A DNA stretch of 64,000 bases from Octopus sinensis (GCF_006345805.1 NC_042999.1:44826001-44890000), one strand, 5' to 3'. Shown: positions 1 through 14,065, numbered from the stretch's first letter. Translations and numbers: made by a program. Notes: a model not told the origin generated them from the letters alone.

Positions 1-472
1 ACAGTAAGGTGGGGGGATTACACCACCGCTGTTTAGCCCTAGGAAGCATCGACACTTCCTGTTGGCCTTCACACATTTCCTGTGTCCTTATATATTTACG
101 AAGGGGAGACAAATACCCCCAACAGCTAGGCCTGCATCTAGAGACACGCATGTTTCAGGGTTTTTGCCCATTATCGGTCTAGAGTAGCAGAGGCCTGCTT
201 GCTGAAGACATCTGTCTAGTCCACTGAAATATTTGTATGTATATTTATGAAGACTAGACAGATATCTTCAGCTAGCAGGCCTCTGCTACTCTAGACCGAT
301 GATGGGCAAAGACCCTGAAACATGCGTGTCTCTAGATGCAGGCCTAGCTGTTGGGGGTGTTTGTCTCCCCTTCGTAAATATATAAGGACACAAGAAATGT
401 GTCAAGGCCGACAGGAAGTGTCAATGCTTCCTAGGGCTAAACAGCGGTGGTGTAATTCCCCCACCTTACTGT
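1..472. repeat. Inverted repeat (arms 1-221 / 252-472, 30-nt spacer), PLE terminal-repeat-like, with a hammerhead motif in each arm
   Basis: Arms are near-identical reverse complements (acagtaaggtgggggg... / ...cccccaccttactgt); left arm may continue beyond the window start. Confidence 0.9.
290..336 (+). ncRNA. Minimal type-I hammerhead-like motif, CCGAUGA core variant (inverted copy at 137-183 on -)
   Basis: tctaga-CCGATGA-tggg caaaga ccct-GAAA-catgcgt-GTC-tctaga: stem I 6 bp, stem II, 3-bp stem III, GUC triplet. Confidence 0.7.
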
Positions 473-1258
473 CACGTTAAGTTGACAGTATACAACCACA
501 TTATATATACTATATGTTTTGTAGAATGATACATTAAAGAGCATTTTTTATGAGTACTACCCAATTACTTGAATCCGTATATTGTGACTTAAATATATTT
601 GTATATATGTATGTATTTGTGTTTGCATGGATGTGGGCATGTTTTTGTGTTTCCATGTCCTAACATCACATTACAGTTGTGAGTGTCACTTTAACACAAA
701 CAATGTTATTCATTACTATGGAAGCATGTCTGGCCAAGGCAAAATATTATGTTACTTGGAAACAAGTGGGGGTTGGTGCCAGAAAGGGCAACCAGATAGA
801 AAATTTGCCTCAACAAATTTCATCATACAAACATAGAAAGTTAGATGTTAAAATGATTATGATGTTGATAATATATTTAAGGGGAATTTTAGGTGAGTTA
901 AAATAATTTTTGTGATATGTTTCAACTTCTAAAAGCAAATTCACTGCAGTTGCTGAGGAAAAGAAATTCCCTCTTATGTTAAAAAGGTGTTAAAACATTA
1001 TATCTGTGCAGTGCTGCCCCCTGTCAGATTCCCAGATGTATTTCTTGCTTTTTTGCCATTATCAACAAGAAATACTGAAGAGAGGCAATTCTGGATAGAT
1101 CTAATCAAGCCATGGCTTTATCTAAAATATAGGCAATAACTTTGACTAATTTGCACTAGCTGACTGGCTTTACCTTTAGCAGTTGAAATATGTTACAAAC
1201 ATTTTAACTAACCTAAAGTTTACTTATACCGAAACACTGCTTGGTGCCAATATTACTG

Positions 1259-1305
<47 letters not shown>

Positions 1306-1354
1306 TATATATATATATATAATATATATGTATGATATATATATATATATATCA

Positions 1355-1660
1355 AGTCTGGGTGGAAAGTTGCTTCTCCAGCAAACACATAACCTAGAGG
1401 TGTTTTCATGGAAGACCAGCAGTTGCCCATGCATACCATCCTCCCCTCTCCATACCACCGATATTATCCAAGGGAAAGACAAAGGTCAATACATCTTGGC
1501 ACCAGTGACATCGCAACTCATTTCTACTGCCGAATGAACTGGAGCAACGGGAAATAAAGTGTCTTGCTCAAGAATACAACACACAGCCTGGTCTGGGAAT
1601 TGAACTCACAACCTCATGATTATAAGCCTGACACTCTAACCACTGAGCCATGCACCTTCA
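1355..1660 (-). mobile_element. tRNA-derived SINE (family C)
   Basis: Minus-strand head tggctcagtggttagag...gagttcaattccc (A/B boxes), then ttcttgagcaagacac core shared with 14626 and 37690. Confidence 0.8.
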
Positions 1661-1662
1661 CA

Positions 1663-1698
<36 letters not shown>

Positions 1699-1704
1699 TA
1701 TATA

Positions 1705-2337
1705 GTGTGTTATGAGAATTTACGGAAAGGTATCCCATAGAGACTCAACAAGTATGTTAAAAAATGGAGAAGAAAAGATGTTAAAATTTAAAAGAATTTT
1801 AATACATGCATACGATCATTTCGAACAGCGATATTAACATATAAATAACATGGTAGAATAATTAAAATTAATTTGATTAAATTAAATTAATTACATATCA
1901 CTATTCCTCTCAGTGCAAGTGGCATACAACAGGAATTATTATTATTATTACATAAAACCTGAAGAAAATAGTAGAGTTTTAGCTTATACACAACTAGACT
2001 CAACAGTATTCTTTAGTATGCTCTCAATTTTTCATAAGGATAAAATATTTATATCCGAATTTGTTATCTACTATTTTCTTCATCAAGTCTTCTGCAACAA
2101 TAATAATTCCTGTTGTATACTACTTGCACTGAAGAGAACAGTGATAAGTAATTAATTTAATTTAATCAAATTAATCTTAATTATTCTACCATGTTATTTA
2201 TATGTTAATATCACTGTTCAAAGTGATCATATGCATGTATTAAAATTCTTTAAAATTTTAACATCTTCTCTTCTCCATTTTTTAACATACTTGTTGAGTC
2301 TCTATGGGATACCTTTCCATAAATTCTCATAACACAC
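1705..2337. repeat. Inverted repeat (arms ~1705-1940 / ~2099-2337), PLE-like, next to a (TACA)n/(TA)n tract
   Basis: gtgtgttatgagaattt... mirrored by ...aaattctcataacacac; nested small IR tgaagaaaatagtaga / tctactattttcttca in the spacer. Confidence 0.9.
2125..2235 (+). ncRNA. Decayed hammerhead with an 84-nt stem II region (inverted copy at 1807-1917 on -)
   Basis: tgca-CTGAAGA-gaacagtgata...tatcactgttc-AAAG-tgatca-TA-tgca; the other arm keeps GAAA-tgatcg-TA but reads CTGAGAG in the core. Confidence 0.7.
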
Positions 2338-2483
2338 AATATACATGTAATAATTTCATATTCACAAAAATCTTACGCCAGTAAGGTATAACAAAATATG
2401 AAGAAACTTTGTTAGAAATCGCCCTTTGTGGAACCCTCAAAAATAAAGGATGAAATATAATTCAACCTCTCCATATATATATA

Positions 2484-2515
<32 letters not shown>

Positions 2516-2734
2516 ACAATTTGATTTGAAAACCCCACTAGAATGGGAGAAAGCGCTAATAATCTGAATGATATGATCTGAATGATATGATATATATATG
2601 TAAAAAATGTAATATATAAATAAATATCTATAAATATGAACCATCCGATCTTCTGATTACCTCATTTCTTCTAATATATAATACCTGTACATCATCTCCA
2701 AACCTTCCAATATATATATACATATATATATAAA

Positions 2735-3890
2735 GGGATCTCAGGGAGTAGTGTCCCTGCCTTCCTGAGCTAGTTTTCCACCACAAATCATGGTAGAGGC
2801 CTTGGTCTCAGGACCACTTATGTCTAGAAACTGAGGTTGCAGGTAAGCAAGGGCATGCTCCTCATAGAAAATCCAGCTTTGAAAAAGCCTCATGATAAAA
2901 GCAAAGGAGAATGGGCACCAGCAATCCCAAACGCTGGGGTGGGCTGCATCTGCCTATGTAAAAAAGGAAGGTGCAAACCCTCATCCTGGGTTGCACAAGC
3001 ATGACTTGCCTTATGATGGCCATCAGAGAAGCTTGGGGTGAGGTTGGGAAGTTGGAATGTGGGAAGCCTATGTGGAAGGGGAACTGAGGTGTGTGAGGAA
3101 TTAAGGAAGAGGAGGGTGGATGTGTGCTGTGTGCAGGAGGTTAGGTGGAGGGGTCAGGGTGAAAGATTTGTGGGGTCAAGGGAAGAAGGTACAAGTTGTG
3201 TGGTTGGGAAATAGTAGGGGGACTGGAGGTGTGGGAGTTTTGGTGAAGGAAGAAATCTGTGAGAAGGTGGTGGCAGTCAGGAGAAAGAGTGACAGAATGA
3301 TGACAATAGTGTTAGCTTTTGAGGTAGAAGTGGTGAGGGTGATTTGTGGGTATGGTCCACAAAATGGAAGAGGGATCATTGAGAAAGAGCAGTTTTTTGA
3401 TGAAATAGTGGATGAGTGGGACTTACAAAAGGTAGATGAATTGATTTGGGGTATGGAAGATTTTAATGGACATGTTGGGAAATGGATCCAGGGCTTTGAG
3501 GGTGTGCGTGGGGGAAATGGAATTGGGAAGAGAAATTTGGAAGGAAGGATGCTGTTGGAGCTTTGTGGTGAGAAAGAGTTGTGTGTGGCAAATACGTGGT
3601 TTAGGGAAACAGAGAAAAGGAAGGTGACTTTCAATGCAGGAGGGAATGAGACAGAGATTAATTTCGTGTTGGTTGACTGGAAAAACAGAAAATATCTAAG
3701 AGATGTGAAGACAATACCAAGGGGAGTTGCAGCACAGGTTGGTGGCTGCTGGCTTGGATAAGAAGAAAGTTAAAAAGTGAGTGAGAAAGGTGTGGAAAGT
3801 GAAGGAAGAAGAAACAAAAGCAAGGTTTGAGGAGAGAGTTGGGGAGTTGGTAAGCATTGATGCACCTGATTTGTATACACAGGTAAATGA
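2735..3890 (+). mobile_element. RTE-clade LINE, 5' region plus decayed AP endonuclease
   Basis: Frameshifted GSWNVGSL, QEVRWRG, GGVGVLV, GYGPQ, DFNGHVG, ANTWF motifs (ORF 3120-3761). Confidence 0.85.
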
Positions 3891-4240
3891 GAAAAAAGAA
3901 AGGAAGAGAAAGAGAGAACAAAACAGAGATGGGCCATGAGCCTTAAGTAAGTTAGAATAGAATGAATTCTGAATTGTAATAAAGTAAAAAAAAAATAGGT
4001 GCATATAAGGACATATGGGACCCATGTATGAATTTATGTGTGTCTAATAACTTGCCCTGATGTATAGGCTTTCTTTGTGCATGTGTTTGTGCAGCTGTCT
4101 CTGCATGCATGCACATGCATGAATATGCTAATGAGAATGGGTTTTGCATGAGATCATTTGGAATGTAACTCATGCATAAATTATACTAGTATCAGTGTGA
4201 GAATATGAAAAATAAGAGAGTTTGTATGAGCAACTGAGAT

Positions 4241-4243
<3 letters not shown>

Positions 4244-4291
<48 letters not shown>

Positions 4292-4638
4292 TGTGTGTGT
4301 GAATGTGTGTTTGCATGTGTGTGTAATATGCAAGTTCTGAATTTATTGTATTATCAATGTGGTACATTATGTATGTATGTATGTATGTGTGGACATGTGT
4401 ATGAATATATATGTGTGCGTGTGTATGAGTATGTGTAATACATTCATGTGAATATATGTACATGTATATATATATATATGTGTATATATATATATAGATA
4501 TAGTTGCATGTATGTATGAGAATAAGTTATGTTGTACATATTTATGTTTATGTATATATCTATATGTATGTATTTATACATGTATACATAAATGTATATA
4601 TATATATGAATACTTATATATATGTATATGTCTCTGTG

Positions 4639-4682
<44 letters not shown>

Positions 4683-4732
4683 GAACATATACAGGAACAT
4701 ATATTATACATGCATAAACACACACACACACA
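4244..4732. repeat. (TG)n/(TA)n/(CA)n compound microsatellite
   Basis: Direct inspection. Confidence 0.95.
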
Positions 4733-5656
4733 TTAATATATTCTCATAAAAATGTTAAAACTTCTTATAGTGATTATGTCTGTTGTCTATCAACAAAGTT
4801 ATTCAATTTTAATATGCTTTGTTTCAGCAATTATGACTATATACTGTACTCACCATCTCTCATATCTACTAAATGATTCACACATTTCATATGTTCTAAT
4901 TAGAATTATCCCAAATTAAAATGAAAATTTGTAGACGCATGAAATATAATAGATAATAGATAAGTGTGGCAGTCACAGAACCTCCAGCAGGGCTTTTAAC
5001 AATAACTATCAGATAATAAATAATTCAGCCACACACATTCTGAGTTATGAAATTAAGTAAGTACATCAAGAACTGCTGGTGAATGGAGACAAATATTTCC
5101 TTAACATCTGGTATATATATATATGTATGTATGTATACCAATGAGACAGAATGAGTGCTTTCTCTCTCTCTCTCTCATTTAAATAAGGATAAGATCGTTA
5201 TTTAAATACCGATCTTATCAGGTGGCCAGCATGAATAAAAACCTTTAAAGGTAATAATTATTATTAAAAGTCATCTTTTTGTTTTTTGCTAGTTTATTTT
5301 GTCTCTTTGTCTTCTCTCCTGGTGGTGTATGAACATTTATTGTGGTTTTAGAGTCAAGTTTTGGCTGCTATTTCCAGGGTGTTTAAATGTACACTGTATT
5401 TTATAAGTAATACATAGTCTTTGGACTAAATTTTTACATGCTAGGCCACTGGAAGTGAAAATTTCTATAAATTTCCATTTCCCTTCGATATGATTATATA
5501 TATATATATATATATATATAGTATATATCTATATAATATATTATATATAATATAAATATATATATATATATTATATATATATAAGAGGTAATGGTGTCAT
5601 TGAGAACCCAAGGTGTCCGGTAATGCTGAATAAGTGCTAACCATCCTCTCACACCA

Positions 5657-5705
5657 TCTCCGATGAAGGGATATAATAACAAATATCCTGGAAACAGCTG
5701 TAAGA
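5657..5705 (+). ncRNA. Minimal hammerhead-like motif, CCGAUGA core variant, in a (TA)n-flanked cassette (~5583-5770)
   Basis: tct-CCGATGA-agggatat aataacaa atatcctg-GAAA-cagctg-TA-aga; palindromic stem III ACAGCTGT. Confidence 0.7.
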
Positions 5706-5768
5706 ATTTCTATCTATAAATGTTCTAATATCTACACAGCCTTGGTTTTTAATCTCAAGCAAAAAATT

Positions 5769-5839
<71 letters not shown>

Positions 5840-5987
5840 CAGGTGCAGAAGAGCTTGCTTACCAACTACATGGTTCCTGGTTCAGTCCCACTGTGTGGAA
5901 CCTTGGGCAAGTGTTTTCTACCATAGGCTTGGGCCGACCAAAGCCTTGGAGTGGATTTGGTAGACGGAAACTGAAAGAAGCCAGTCA

Positions 5988-7378
5988 TACTGCCAGTGTC
6001 ATTCCTCTGTTCAAAAAGGGCGACCGCACATCACCTGTCAACTATCGCCCAGTCAGTCTCACTAGCTGTATTGCAAAACTGATGGAATCGTGTGTCAGAG
6101 AAACACTCTGGAACTTCTGGAGCTCTCACAGTCTCATCCGACCCTCACAATATGGATTTGTCCCTAACTCCAGCTGCAGTGACCAGCTTGTCGAGTTCCT
6201 TGAGGACATTACTCAGATTACTGACAGTGGCTCATGGGTGGATGTTGTCTACCTTGACTTTGCTAAGGCTTTCAACTCTGTGCCACACAAAAGGCTTATG
6301 GTGAAACTCTCTGCAATGGGTGTGGGGGATGACCTTTTTAACTGGTTGAAATCCTTCATCCTCAGCCGAAAGGAGGTAGTCACAGTTCTAGGACAGCACT
6401 CTACACCATATGAGATGTCATCGGGTGTACCACAGGGATCTGTCCTTGGTCCCCTCTTGTTTGTGGCATACATTAACGACATAGATGCCATTTAAAGAAT
6501 GCCACAGTATTGAAATATGCAGACGACATCAAGCTGTACCTTGAAATCAAAGGAGGACAGATCCTGATGTCTACAACTCTTTCCTGCAATCAGACCTAGA
6601 CACAATGCAGCAATGGATCACAGACTGGCAACTGAAACTGGCTGTGGACAAGTGTACCACCATGCATTTTGGGAGAAAAAACCCTGCGTTCACTTACTCC
6701 CTCCACAACACTGATATCAAGAAATCCTCTTGCAAGCGTGACCTAGGCATCACTGTCAGCAGTGATTTGCGTTGGTCAAAGCATATCTCTAAGATTGTCA
6801 GGAAGGCCGAGGGTGTCTTGGCATCACTCAGCAGGTCTTTTGTTAGCCGCTCTCCAGCCATCTATTTAAAACTGTATACAGCTATGGTACAACCACACTT
6901 GGAATTCGCATCATCAGTTTGGAACCCCTATCTTGCACAGAACATTGACCTCCTGGAATCTGTCCAGAGACGTGCAACCAAACGCATACCCTCCATCAGA
7001 CACCTACCATATTCTGAGCGCCTTGTTTCCCTGGGCATGGATTCACTGAAGCTCCGGCGTTTGGCGACGGACTTGGTAAACACCCACAAAGTTATCAACC
7101 ACCTCACCAACAACAACACTGAACACCTTTTTGATCTCCATGTGTCTAACACACGTGGACATGCCTACAAGTCAGAAAACAATACAGCTCCCATGACTTT
7201 CGGAAACATTTTTTCATGCTCAGAGTTGCTGAAGCATGGAATAAACTGCCTGCGTCAGTTGTTGACTGCCATGACACTGCATCTTTTAAGGCCCTCATGC
7301 TTTCCGAAATCCGCCGAAACTACACCTGATTATATATACACTTTAGATGAGTTGTAGTGCACCTGAGCACTGTACACA

Positions 7379-7405
<27 letters not shown>
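5988..7405 (+). mobile_element. 5'-truncated CR1-clade LINE, frameshifted RT, (TAT)n tail
   Basis: NYRPVSLTS, YLDFAKAF, GVPQGSVLGPLLF, YADD, VQRRATK, NTRGH motifs; 3' end gtgcacctgagcac then (tta)n. Confidence 0.92.
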
Positions 7406-7413
<8 letters not shown>

Positions 7414-7704
7414 GTATATATATCATCATCATCATCATCATCGTTTAACGTCTGTTCTCCATGCTAGCATGGGTTGGACGGTTCGACCGGAGATCTGGGA
7501 AGCCAGAAGGCTGCACCAGGCTCTGATGGACGGTTCGACTGGGGATCTGGGAAGCCAGAAGGCTGCACCAGGCTCTGGTCTTATCAGAGCCTGGTGCAGC
7601 CTTCTGGCTTCCCAGATCCCCGGTCGAACCATCCAACCCATGCTAGCATGGAAAACGGACGTTAAGCGATGATGATGATGATGATGATATATATACATAT
7701 ATAT
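7405..7704. repeat. Palindrome of RTE 3' ends (arms ~7405-7527 / ~7583-7704) with a directly duplicated spacer
   Basis: (cat)n-gtttaacgtc...ggctctgat and its reverse complement, including flanking TA/TG bases; spacer repeats ggacggttcgac...caccaggctctg. Confidence 0.9.
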
Positions 7705-7788
7705 GACTGGCTTCTTTCAGTTTCCGTCTACCAAATCCACTCACAAGGCTTTGGTCGGCCCAAGCCTATGGTAGAAAACACTACCATA

Positions 7789-7890
<102 letters not shown>

Positions 7891-8439
7891 ATATATATAT
7901 AATGTGTGTGTGTGTGTGTGTGTGTGTTTGTGTGTGCACGTGCGTGTGTATATGTTTATTTGCCCCCCCCCAATATCGCTTGACAACCGATGCTGGTGTG
8001 CTTATGTCCCTGTAACCTAGTGCTTCAGCAAAAGTGACTGATAGAATAAGTACTAGGCTTACAAAGTATAAGTCCTGGGGTTGATTTGCTCGACTAAAGG
8101 TGGTGCTCCAGCATGGCTGTAGTCAAATGACTGAAACAAGTAAAAGAAAGAAAGAATAAGAATATGGAAAAAAAAGTCAAGGTAGAAAATGCTAAAATAA
8201 TTTTATAAAAAACATTTCAGTACCGATTTCAGTCATTGAGACTTTTCACCTGTAAGTATGGAAAACAATTAAATTTTTGGAAAAATTAAATGAAAAGGGG
8301 TATTTTCCTTGTTTCTGCCTGTTTTTGTCTCTCTTGTTTACTCTTGTGGGTTCCTTTTCAACCTTCAACACACACACACACACATATACATTATATATTG
8401 TTGTGTTAACTCACAGGAGGTTTGATTGAAAATGCCATA

Positions 8440-8527
<88 letters not shown>

Positions 8528-8529
8528 AA

Positions 8530-8745
8530 TTCTTTTCTACTCTAGGCACAAGGCCTGAAATTTTTAGAGAGGGACCAGTCAATTAGATCAAACTCAGTAC
8601 GCAATTGATACTTAAATTATCAACCCCCAAAAGGATGAAAGGCAAAGTCGACCTCAGAGGAATTCGAACTCAAAATGGAAAGACAGTTGAAATACCGGCA
8701 AGCATTTTGCCCAGCGTACTAATGTTTTTACCAGCTTGCCTTATA
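8530..8745 (-). mobile_element. SINE family B (Deu/Nin-like core)
   Basis: Reverse complement of ggtcgactttgcctttcatcctt core. Confidence 0.8.
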
Positions 8746-8787
8746 TAAATATATATATATATATACATACATACATCTATGTATGTG

Positions 8788-8819
<32 letters not shown>

Positions 8820-8820
<1 letters not shown>

Positions 8821-9100
8821 CATCATCATCATCATCATTTAACATCCACTCTCAATGCTGGCATGGGTTAGATGGTTTACTGGAACTGATGAGCTGGAGA
8901 GCTGCACCAGGTTCCAGTCTGATTTGGCATGGTTTCTATAGCTGTTTGCCCTTCCTAATGCCAACCACTCCAGGAGTGTAATGGATACTTTTACACGCCA
9001 CCGGCACAGGTGCCATTTAGATGACACTAGCCATGAACACAACTAAAATTCATGGGTGCCGTTTATGTGACACTGGCAACGACCATGACGATGTCTTCTA
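8820..9100 (-). mobile_element. RTE-type 3' UTR fragment with (GAT)n tail
   Basis: Similar to 18487-18700. Confidence 0.75.
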
Positions 9101-10032
9101 AATTCCATTCATGACACATTGGTCAAAGAGAGAAAGAACTCTAGTGGTTCTAAAGCAAACTTCTTCACCACAAGGCCATACCTGTATCCTGTTAATCAAG
9201 AACTCCTTTTATACCCTTTCTTTGCTTTAAGTATCCAGAATTAAGAGCTTCTAACACTCAAAGTAATTTTCATATATTAAATATATTCAAAGGGAAGCTT
9301 TACTTGGAATATGAAACCTTAGAAATATAGACACTAGTGAAGGTAAACCTAAAGTAATTGCATCCACGTCTTTTCACAACAGGTATTAACACCTATTGTT
9401 ATTAATTCCTGGCACTTCAAATATTCCACTTTTATGAGAAGAAAATGACAAAATTAATTCTTTATGTTTGAAGTATTAGCATTTTTATTTCCATTGTTGA
9501 AAATGTTATTGGATGCAAGTAATTATATTTGGTTATGCAATTATTATATCTGGAAATTGTCATTACTTTTGTGGTTTTGTTTTTAGACTTACCAAAGCAT
9601 TCATTTTCTTTCTATTTTTTTGTTTGTTTTTCCTTTTTCTTTTCTTTTTTTTTTTTTTTCACAGAATGATAATTTAGGCATTATAGAGTTAAGGCAAACT
9701 TGGAATTCTTTCTAATTGGGAATTGAAACAAATATACTGACGATTTACCATTGAATATTGAAGCCCCCCCCACTCCCCTCCTCACATACACATTAAGCAT
9801 ATCAAAGTAAAATTTCGGTCCTTCTGTTGTAAAAGTTCTCGAAGCTTTCATGTTCTGTTATTGCTGTCACTGTGGTTGCTGCTGCTGTTGTTGTTGTTGT
9901 TGTAGTTTCTGGTGTGGTTGTTCTTGGTGTTATTATTGCTGTTGATGATAGTCACCACTGCTGTTGTTGTTGTTGTTGCTGCTGCTGTTGGTTTTCTTGT
10001 AACTGTTGTTGTTGCTATTGTTGCTGTAATTA

Positions 10033-10432
10033 GGTAGCGAGCTGGCAGATATGTTAGCGCGCCAGGTGAAATGCTTAACAGTATTTCGCCTGTCGTTCCG
10101 TTCTGAGTTCAAATTCCGCCGAGGTCGACTTTGCCTTTCATCTTTTTGGGGTCGATAAATAAAGTACGAGTTTCGCACTGGGGTCGATGTAATCGACTTA
10201 ATCCCTTTGACTGTTTTTGTTTGTCCCCTCTGTGTGTAGCCCCTTGTAGGTAGTAAAGAAATAGGTATTTCGTCTGCTGTTATGTTCTGAGTTCAAATTC
10301 CGTCGAGGTTGACTTTGCCTTTCATCCTTTCAGGGTCAATAAATAAAGTACCAATTTTTCACTGGGGTCGATGTAATCGACTTAATCCCTTTGTCCCCTC
10401 TATGTTTAGCCCCTTGTGGGTAGTAAAGAAAT
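10033..10432 (+). mobile_element. SINE family B with a tandem duplication of its 3' part, inside (GTT/GCT)n low-complexity DNA
   Basis: gagctggcaga head; ttctgagttcaaattccg...gtagtaaagaaata present twice. Confidence 0.85.
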
Positions 10433-10434
10433 AT

Positions 10435-10910
10435 ATTGTTGCTGATCTCACTGCTGCTGTTGTTGTTTTTGTAATTGCTGTTGTTGTTGTTGTTGCTGTT
10501 GCTGCTGCTGCTGATTCTCTTTTTGTTGTAATTGTTGTTGTTGTTATTGCTGCTGTAATTATTGTTGCCGATCTCACTGCTGCTGTTGTAATTGTTATTG
10601 TTGTTGTTGCTGCTGCTTTAGCTTCTACAGTTGTTGGTGTTTTTACCGTTACTGCTGCTGCGGCTCTCACTGTTGTAGCTGTTGAAGTTGTTATTGTTAT
10701 TGTTGTTGTTATTGTTATTGTTGTTGTTATTGTTGTTGTTGTTATTGTTGTTGTTGTTATTGTTGTTGTTGTTATTGTTGTTGTTGTTATTGTTGTTGTT
10801 GTTATTGTTGTTGTTGTTAATGTTGTTGTTGTGACTGCACCGCTGCTGTTCTTGTTGTTGCTGCTGCGTTGTTATTGCTGTTGTTGCTCCTGCTGCTACT
10901 ACTATTGTTC
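10435..10910. repeat. (GTT/GCT)n trinucleotide repeat with a 12-bp (GTT)3ATT higher-order unit
   Basis: Direct inspection. Confidence 0.9.
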
Positions 10911-11344
10911 AGCACCAGATTACCCCTAACAGAGTAGACCTACGATCAAAGAGATTTCAGTCATGAACCTCTTGCACTTTTTTTATAGTATGAAACAAAT
11001 ATATGTAAACTCTAAGACAGTAACAAATGATTTAATTGGAATTCGGTTACTATTTCTAGCAGGCTGAATGACTCTCTGAAGTGCCTGTTGCTGACCTATG
11101 CATTTTAATGCATCAATGCTTTGTTCTGATTTCATGACATTAAGCAGATGTGAAGTAAATGACCCCTGGATAGATAATGGATAGAATGATATAGTAACTA
11201 TTTCTGAGGGCTGATGGTAATAGAATTCAATATTCAGCTAATCGTTACACATTGAAATATCAGGGATTTATATTAATTAAAGACATCTAATTTGCTGATC
11301 CAGTGCCAAATACAGCCATTTGTTTTAATCTTTTTTTGGTATCT

Positions 11345-12250
11345 TTTACTTGTTTCAGTCATTAGACTGTGGACATACTGGGGCATGCTTTGAAGAATTT
11401 TTAGTGAAAGGAATTGACCCCAGTACTTGTTCTTTTTTCTTTTTAAGCCTGGTACTTATTCTATTGTAGTCTTTTTGCTGAACCACTAAGTTACAGAGAA
11501 TGAAGCATACCAATACTGGTTGTTAAGTGGTGGTGGTGGTGGTGGTGGACAAACACAGACACAAAGACACACACACACACACACACACACTGATACACAC
11601 ACACACTGATACACACACACACACACTGATACACACACACACACACACACACATATAGGCATAGGAGTGGCTGTGTGGTAAGTAGCTTGCTTACCAACCA
11701 CATGGTTCCGGGTTCATTCCCATTGCATTGCACCATGGGCAAGTGTCTTCTACTATAGCCTTAGGTCGACCAAAACCTTGTGAGTGGACAGAAACTGAAA
11801 GAAGCCCGTCGTATATATGTATATATGTATGTGTTTGTATATGTTTGTGTGTCTGTGTTTGTCCCCCCAGCATCGCTTGACAACCAATGGTGGTGTGTTT
11901 ACATCCCTGTAACTTAGCGGCTTGGCAAAAGAGACCAATAGAATAGTACTTATTCTATATATATATATATCAGATTGGAGCCTGGTGCAGCCTTCTGGCT
12001 TGCCAGCCCGAAGTCAAACCATCCAACCCATGCCAGCATGGAAAACAGATGTTAAACGATGATGATGATGATGATGATGATGATGATATACAACAGGTCT
12101 CTTTCAGTTTCTGTCTACCAAATCCACTCACAAGGTTTTGGTTGGCCCAAAGGCTATAGTAAAGGAGATTTGCTGAAGGTGTCATGCAGTGGGACTGAAA
12201 CCTAGAACCTTGTAGTTGGGAAGCAAGCTTTTTACCACACAGCCACACTG
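11345..12250. mobile_element. Cluster of SINE A pieces (11345-11560 -, 11660-11950 +, 12095-12250 -) and an RTE 3' end (11972-12085 +)
   Basis: Similarity to intact copies in the window; consistent with a + SINE and an RTE tail nested in the microsatellite of a - SINE. Confidence 0.8.
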
Positions 12251-12789
12251 ACAAAAAAAGTAATAAATGCCGATACCTCTATAAACAACAGTCAAATTTC
12301 CCTCAGAACATGCCCTTATTATCCTCACTATCCTCATTTTAATGTCCCCTTTTCAATGCTTGCATGACCCAGAAGAAAATCACTGAGGCAGAGTTTTCTG
12401 TCACTCATGCTCACCTATTTCCAAGTAAGGGAATATTTCCCTACAGTCAGGCATGTTCTCACGGAAAACTGGGAATGAGGGACTTTGCTTGCATGATGGT
12501 GACTCTCATTTACAACTGACATATGATGTCAAGGCAAGAAAACACAAGCACACACACACACACACACACACACATGCACGTACGTACATGCATACATGTA
12601 TAAATATATGTATGCATGCATAGGAGATGAGGTGAGTGGAAGAAAATCAGGAACTCACCACCAAAGAAAAGGACACTCGATCAGAGGAAATAACAGTAGC
12701 ACTGGCAGAGAGGGCAGAGAGTGCCTTCAAATGCAGTCGCTGTATGTGTGACTGCCACTCCTGTATGGACCTGATGATTGTGATGGTGG

Positions 12790-13815
<1,026 letters not shown>

Positions 13816-14065
13816 ATTATTACTATTATTGTTATTGTTGTTGTTGGTTTTCAAAAAGTGCAGACATTTTATTTTTACTCTTTACTGTTGGCTAGTTTTT
13901 GACTTTATTTTTCCTAAAATTTTCATAAATAAAATGATATTTTTATGTGCCTAATGTCTATTTACAAAGCTGGTGAGATTTTTTATTCTATTAATTCTTG
14001 CATCACTTTTGAAAAAAAAGAAAAAAGAAAAAAAGAAATTATTGAACATTTTTATTTCCTTTCAG

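Noticed and set aside
4854-4895. 42-nt minus-strand exon candidate (ctaattag ... atg|gtgagt)
   Set aside because: No partner exons or recognisable peptide
10309-10929. 206-aa Val/Ala-rich membrane-like ORF
   Set aside because: Starts in a SINE and runs through (GTT/GCT)n repeats
12655-12775. Open minus-strand exon-like segment
   Set aside because: The plus strand resembles the RTE PHD-like region (FKCSRC); likely a TE relic
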